Position numbers and translations under genes: made by a program. From positions 13,443,904 through 13,482,500 of the forward strand of contig NC_057719.1 of NCBI RefSeq assembly GCF_004010195.1: a stretch of DNA of 38,597 nucleotides, in the 5' to 3' direction. Below, one piece after another: positions 34,891 to 38,597 of this stretch (the first letter of the stretch is position 1; every line of letters starts with the position of its first letter). The notes beneath the pieces are model-generated. The model was not told the origin of the DNA, made no database searches, and was given only the letters and a program-made list of their open reading frames with translations. Source of the stretch: Chiloscyllium plagiosum. Its lineage: Eukaryota.

Positions 34891-35713
34891 TGCTCTGGAT
34901 CCAGTATGGCATTGTTCCCAGTATGGCATTGGTCCCAGTGTGGCATTGGACCCAGTGTGGCATCGGATCCACTGTGGCATTGGTCCCACTGTGGCATTGG
35001 TCCCAGTATGGCATTGGTCCCAGTGTGGCATCGGATTCACTGTGGCATTGGACCCAGTGTGGCATTGGACCCAGTGTGGCATCGGATCCACTGTGGCATT
35101 GGTCCCACTGTGGCATTGTTCCCAGTATGGCATTGGTCCCAGTGTGGCATCGGATCCACTGTGGCATTGGACCCAGTGTGGCATTGGACCCAGTGTGGCA
35201 TCGGATCCACTGTGGCATTGGTCTCAGTGTGGCATTGGTCCCAGTGTGGCATTGGATCCACTGTGGCATTGGACCCAGTGTGACATTGGATTCAGTCAGC
35301 CATAGTATCCAGTGCAGCATTGGATCAAGTGGGGCATTGGTCCCAGTGTGGCATTGGTCCCAGTGTGGCATCGGATCCCAGTGTGGCATTGGTCCCAGTG
35401 TGGCATCGGATCCACTGTGGCATTGGTCCCAGTGTGGCATCGGATCCACTGTGGCATTGGTCCCAGTGTGGCATTGGTCCCAGTGTGGCATCGGATCCAC
35501 TGTGGCATTGGACCCAGTGTGATATTGGATTCAGTCAGCCATAGTATCCAGTGCAGCATTGGATCCAGTGGGGCATTGGTCCCAGTGTGGCATTGGTCCC
35601 AGTGTGGCATTGGATCCACTGTGGCATTGGATCCAGTGTGGCATTGGATCCACTGTGGTACTGCACCCAGTCTGGCATTTGATCCAATGTGGTATTGGAC
35701 CCAGTGTGGCATC
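34891..35713. repeat. 17-bp minisatellite, about 48 units, consensus GGCATTGG(T/A)CCCAGTGT
   Basis: Direct tandem array with variants GGCATCGGATCCACTGT and GGCATTGTTCCCAGTAT, and one 18-bp unit near 35367-35384. Confidence 0.97.
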
Positions 35714-35854
35714 AAGGTGTCCTCACAAAACTGGAAGCAATGGGTATTAGGGGAAAACCCTCCACTGGTTCGAGTCATAGCGAGTACAAAAAGAGATGGC
35801 TGTTGTTGTTAGTAATCTCAGCTTGAGAACGTCTCGTCAGGAGCTTCTCAGTAT

Positions 35855-35968
35855 TGATATTTTAATCAACCTGCTCAGAGATACTATGACATTCGTCCGG
35901 AGTAGGTGGTACTCGAACCTAGGCCTCCTAGCCCAGAGATAGGGATACTACACTGCACTATAATAGTC
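35855..35968 (-). mobile_element. Short tRNA-derived SINE ('family D') inserted in the RT PQGS region
   Basis: Minus-strand AGTGCAGTGTAGTATCCC..GGAGGCCTAGGTTCGAGTACCACC..AGGTTGATTAAAA has A/B-box-like motifs and interrupts the LINE. Confidence 0.6.
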
Positions 35969-38084
35969 TTCAGTGCCATGTCTTCAGCCCAGCCACCTTC
36001 AGCTGCCTTCATCAATGTCTTTCCCTCCATCATAAGGTCATAAGTGAGGATGTTCACTGATGATTGCACAATGTTCCACATCGTTTGCGGCTCCCCAGAT
36101 AATGAAACAGCCCAGTTTAAAATGCAGAAGGACCAGGACAATATCCAGGCCTGGGTTGACAAGTAGCAATTAACATAAATGCCACCACAGGTGCTATGCA
36201 ATGATTGTTTTCAATATCAGAGAATACAACTATTGTCCTTGACATACAAAGCATTTACCATGTCTGAATCCACCACTATCAGCATCCTGGAGGTTTCCAT
36301 TGACCAGAAACTTTACTGGACTAGACCTATAAATACAACTCACCTCCTGATTTCCCAAAGCTTATCCATCATTTACAATATGCAGATAAGGTGTGAAATG
36401 GAATACTCCCCACTGGTCTGGATGGGTGCAGCTCCAACAAAACTCAAGAAGCTTGACACCATCTGGGAAAAGCAGTCCATTTGATTGACACCACATCTAC
36501 AAACATGCACTCTCTCCCTCACCGATGTTTAGTCACAGCAGTGTGAGCCATCTACAAGACACACTACAAAAATTCTCAAAGTGTCCTTAGACAGCCCTTT
36601 CCAAAGCTGTGACCTCTACCAACTAGAAAGACGAAGGATGTGTACATATGCCACATGGACTGAAGCAGTTTAAGAAGGCAGCTCACCACCACCTTCTCAA
36701 GGGCACCTACAGATGGGCAATAAATGCTAGCCCAGGCAGTGATGCCCATAGCCCATAAATAAGCAAGCAAAATCACATTTTTACCATCATTAGTTTGCAG
36801 GTTTTCAGGTTGTGTAAACCTATATTGACAGGAGTACCACATGATGGTTGCTGTCTCCCTGACTGTACAGATTACAAATAAAACTGTTCCCCAGCCTGCT
36901 GCTGATAACATCTGAATTTGAACAAATCTGTGATTAACTGTGATCGTCAGGGTGGAGACTTAACTCCAGATATTGAATAAAAGTTTGACACAAGGGAATA
37001 TGCAAATAACATTCTTAGATTGTCAGCATAAAAACAGAGGAAAGTCTCAGATCATACATTTATCTTGCATTGCTCAAGAATGCAGTTATCTCAGTGTGGC
37101 TGGAGATCTTCAAGTGCTGGTCACAGCTGGAGACTTCTTGCTTTACACCAACTACTGTGAAGTGTCTTCGGCATCCCTCCAATGGAACCCCTTACTGCAT
37201 TCTCTGCTACATTTGTATTTCATGGAATAGTAGATACAGCTAAAGTGCATAAACTAAGGGATTTGAGTAGTTTTGTTAATATTTATTGAAAACTCTCTCT
37301 ATAAGTAATTGTAATGGATGACTTTGCTGTATTACAATTATGTTTAGAACAGGAATTGTCACATCTAAATTAACTAAAATCTGCAATACCTTAGGCATTG
37401 CAGACTTATTTCATATGTATACTGTGCACAGAGTTGGAAGAATCTGATAATTGATTTGGAATAGGAATTTGGTGAGAGTGGGAATTAGCCACTGTGTGGG
37501 AATTAGGTGTCAATTAATTAGGGGCAATTCTATTAAATAATAACTGCATCTTAGCTAATTGTTAATTATACTGTCACATTACTTAAGTAGCCAAATATGA
37601 CAAAATGAAGGTAAGAATGACAAGTAATAAGGTATCACTTTGTCTATTTAGCATCGTTATTGGTGAGTATTAAGAGAAGGTTTGTAAGGATTTAATATTA
37701 GAGCAAGTAAATTCAACTCAAACGAAAACACATCAATTAATTAATTAATTAATATTTGCATTTAAAAATATTGATGAATGGTCATGAGATTAATTTCAGA
37801 ACACATTCCATTTAAAAACAACCCACATCCACCTTTTTAATAAAGTTAGGGCTCCAGCAAGCACTTAGTTAAAAAAAAACTACCTACTTCAAATGCATGA
37901 ATGAAATCAAAGACAAGGCAGTGTGTCAGGACTGTATTGTGCGGAACTCCAGTAATTGGTCTGTATTTTATCACATGAGTCTTTTCACTGATCAATATAT
38001 TAGTGCTTGATTGCTTAAGTTTGTAAGTCATGCTGCAGTCAAGAGACTGACTCATTGCAGCTGAAGAAGATTTTAGAAACCTGG

Positions 38085-38215
38085 ATCTCCCTGCAAAAAC
38101 CATATGTTTTGGAACAGCTGAAAATTGTAAAATATTCAGGTATGATGGTATCAAATGGTGGAACAGGATCAATGGGTCAAATTACCAACTTCTGCTTCTC
38201 GTCTTTATGTTCTTA
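38085..38215 (+). mobile_element. Old CR1 3' tail
   Basis: AATGGTGGAACAGGATCAATGGGTCAAAT..ACTTCTGCTTCT..TTATGTTCTT. Confidence 0.55.
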
Positions 38216-38368
38216 ATTCCTGCAAATAAACTGTTTGCTCCTCTCTGCAATGCTCTAAGGTAAGTCAGATAAAATAAAGTACACAAAAAAACACAAAATT
38301 AATGCAAAATAATTGAAGGAATGAACATAGACTCCAAGATATTGTCCAAGCGGTGTTGATGCATTCAA

Positions 38369-38597
38369 GGATTAGTGGTGCTGGAAGAGCACAGCAGTTC
38401 AGGCAGCATCCAAGGAGCAGCGAAATCGACATTTCGGGCAAAAGCCCTTCATCAGGAATAAAGGCAGAGAGCCTGAAGCGTGGTTTTGTCCGAAATGTCG
38501 ATTTCGCTGCTCCTTGGATGCTGCCTGAACTGCTGTGCTCTTCCAGCACCACTAATCCAGAATCTGGTTTCCAGCATCTGCAGTCATTGTTTTTACC
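38369..38597. mobile_element. Young Penelope-like (family 1) inverted pseudo-LTR footprint; hammerhead motif at 38423-38460 (-)
   Basis: 75-bp arms 38369-38443 and 38484-38558 differ at one base. The terminal tail runs to the window edge. Confidence 0.9.

Larger units (their letters stand above)
34398..36770 (+). mobile_element. LINE family B (CR1/L2 group), RT domain to 3' tail, decayed; hosts two SINEs and a minisatellite
   Basis: YHTGIYLTMWKIVQVCP..NPAND.SINLLSI; FGF; KAALDPVWH..QGVLTKLEAMGIRG; RMFTDDCT; IYNMQIRCEMEYSPLVW; family B tail. Confidence 0.9.

Noticed and set aside
34891..35713. CRISPR-like array
   Set aside because: Contiguous tandem units with no unique spacers and no cas genes, in a vertebrate context.
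34801..35812. Long overlapping ORFs in all frames (PMPHWDQCH / VWHWSQCGIG repeats)
   Set aside because: By-product of a stop-poor 17-bp tandem repeat; the same peptides rotate through all frames and there is no gene context.
5441..38597. SYNDIG1L non-coding first exon or promoter
   Set aside because: No CpG island or convincing exon found; isolated donor-like sites (e.g. near 21003, minus) are unsupported.

Overview
This is vertebrate genomic DNA, almost certainly from an elasmobranch (shark or ray), because it carries four HE1 V-SINEs and many HER1/CR1 LINE fragments. The only host coding sequence I can support is one minus-strand exon (4870-5413, CDS 4870-5298) encoding the N-terminal 143 aa of a SYNDIG1L (capucin/TMEM90A)-like protein; its downstream exons must lie left of the window. 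The rest is intron or upstream DNA packed with decayed retroelements: CR1/HER1 LINEs, a second CR1/L2-group LINE, five SINE types, and remnants of about three Penelope-like element (PLE) families. The PLE remnants carry minimal hammerhead-ribozyme motifs and often sit as inverted (hairpin) footprints with target-site duplications. Other notable structures are a ~48-unit 17-bp minisatellite grown out of a conserved LINE reverse-transcriptase motif, a perfect 29-bp inverted repeat, a 108-bp inverted templated insertion, and a 6-codon uORF in the SYNDIG1L leader. I found no intact transposon ORF and no novel protein-coding system. Repeat boundaries are approximate (about 10-30 bp) and family names come from recalled consensus similarity, not a database search.
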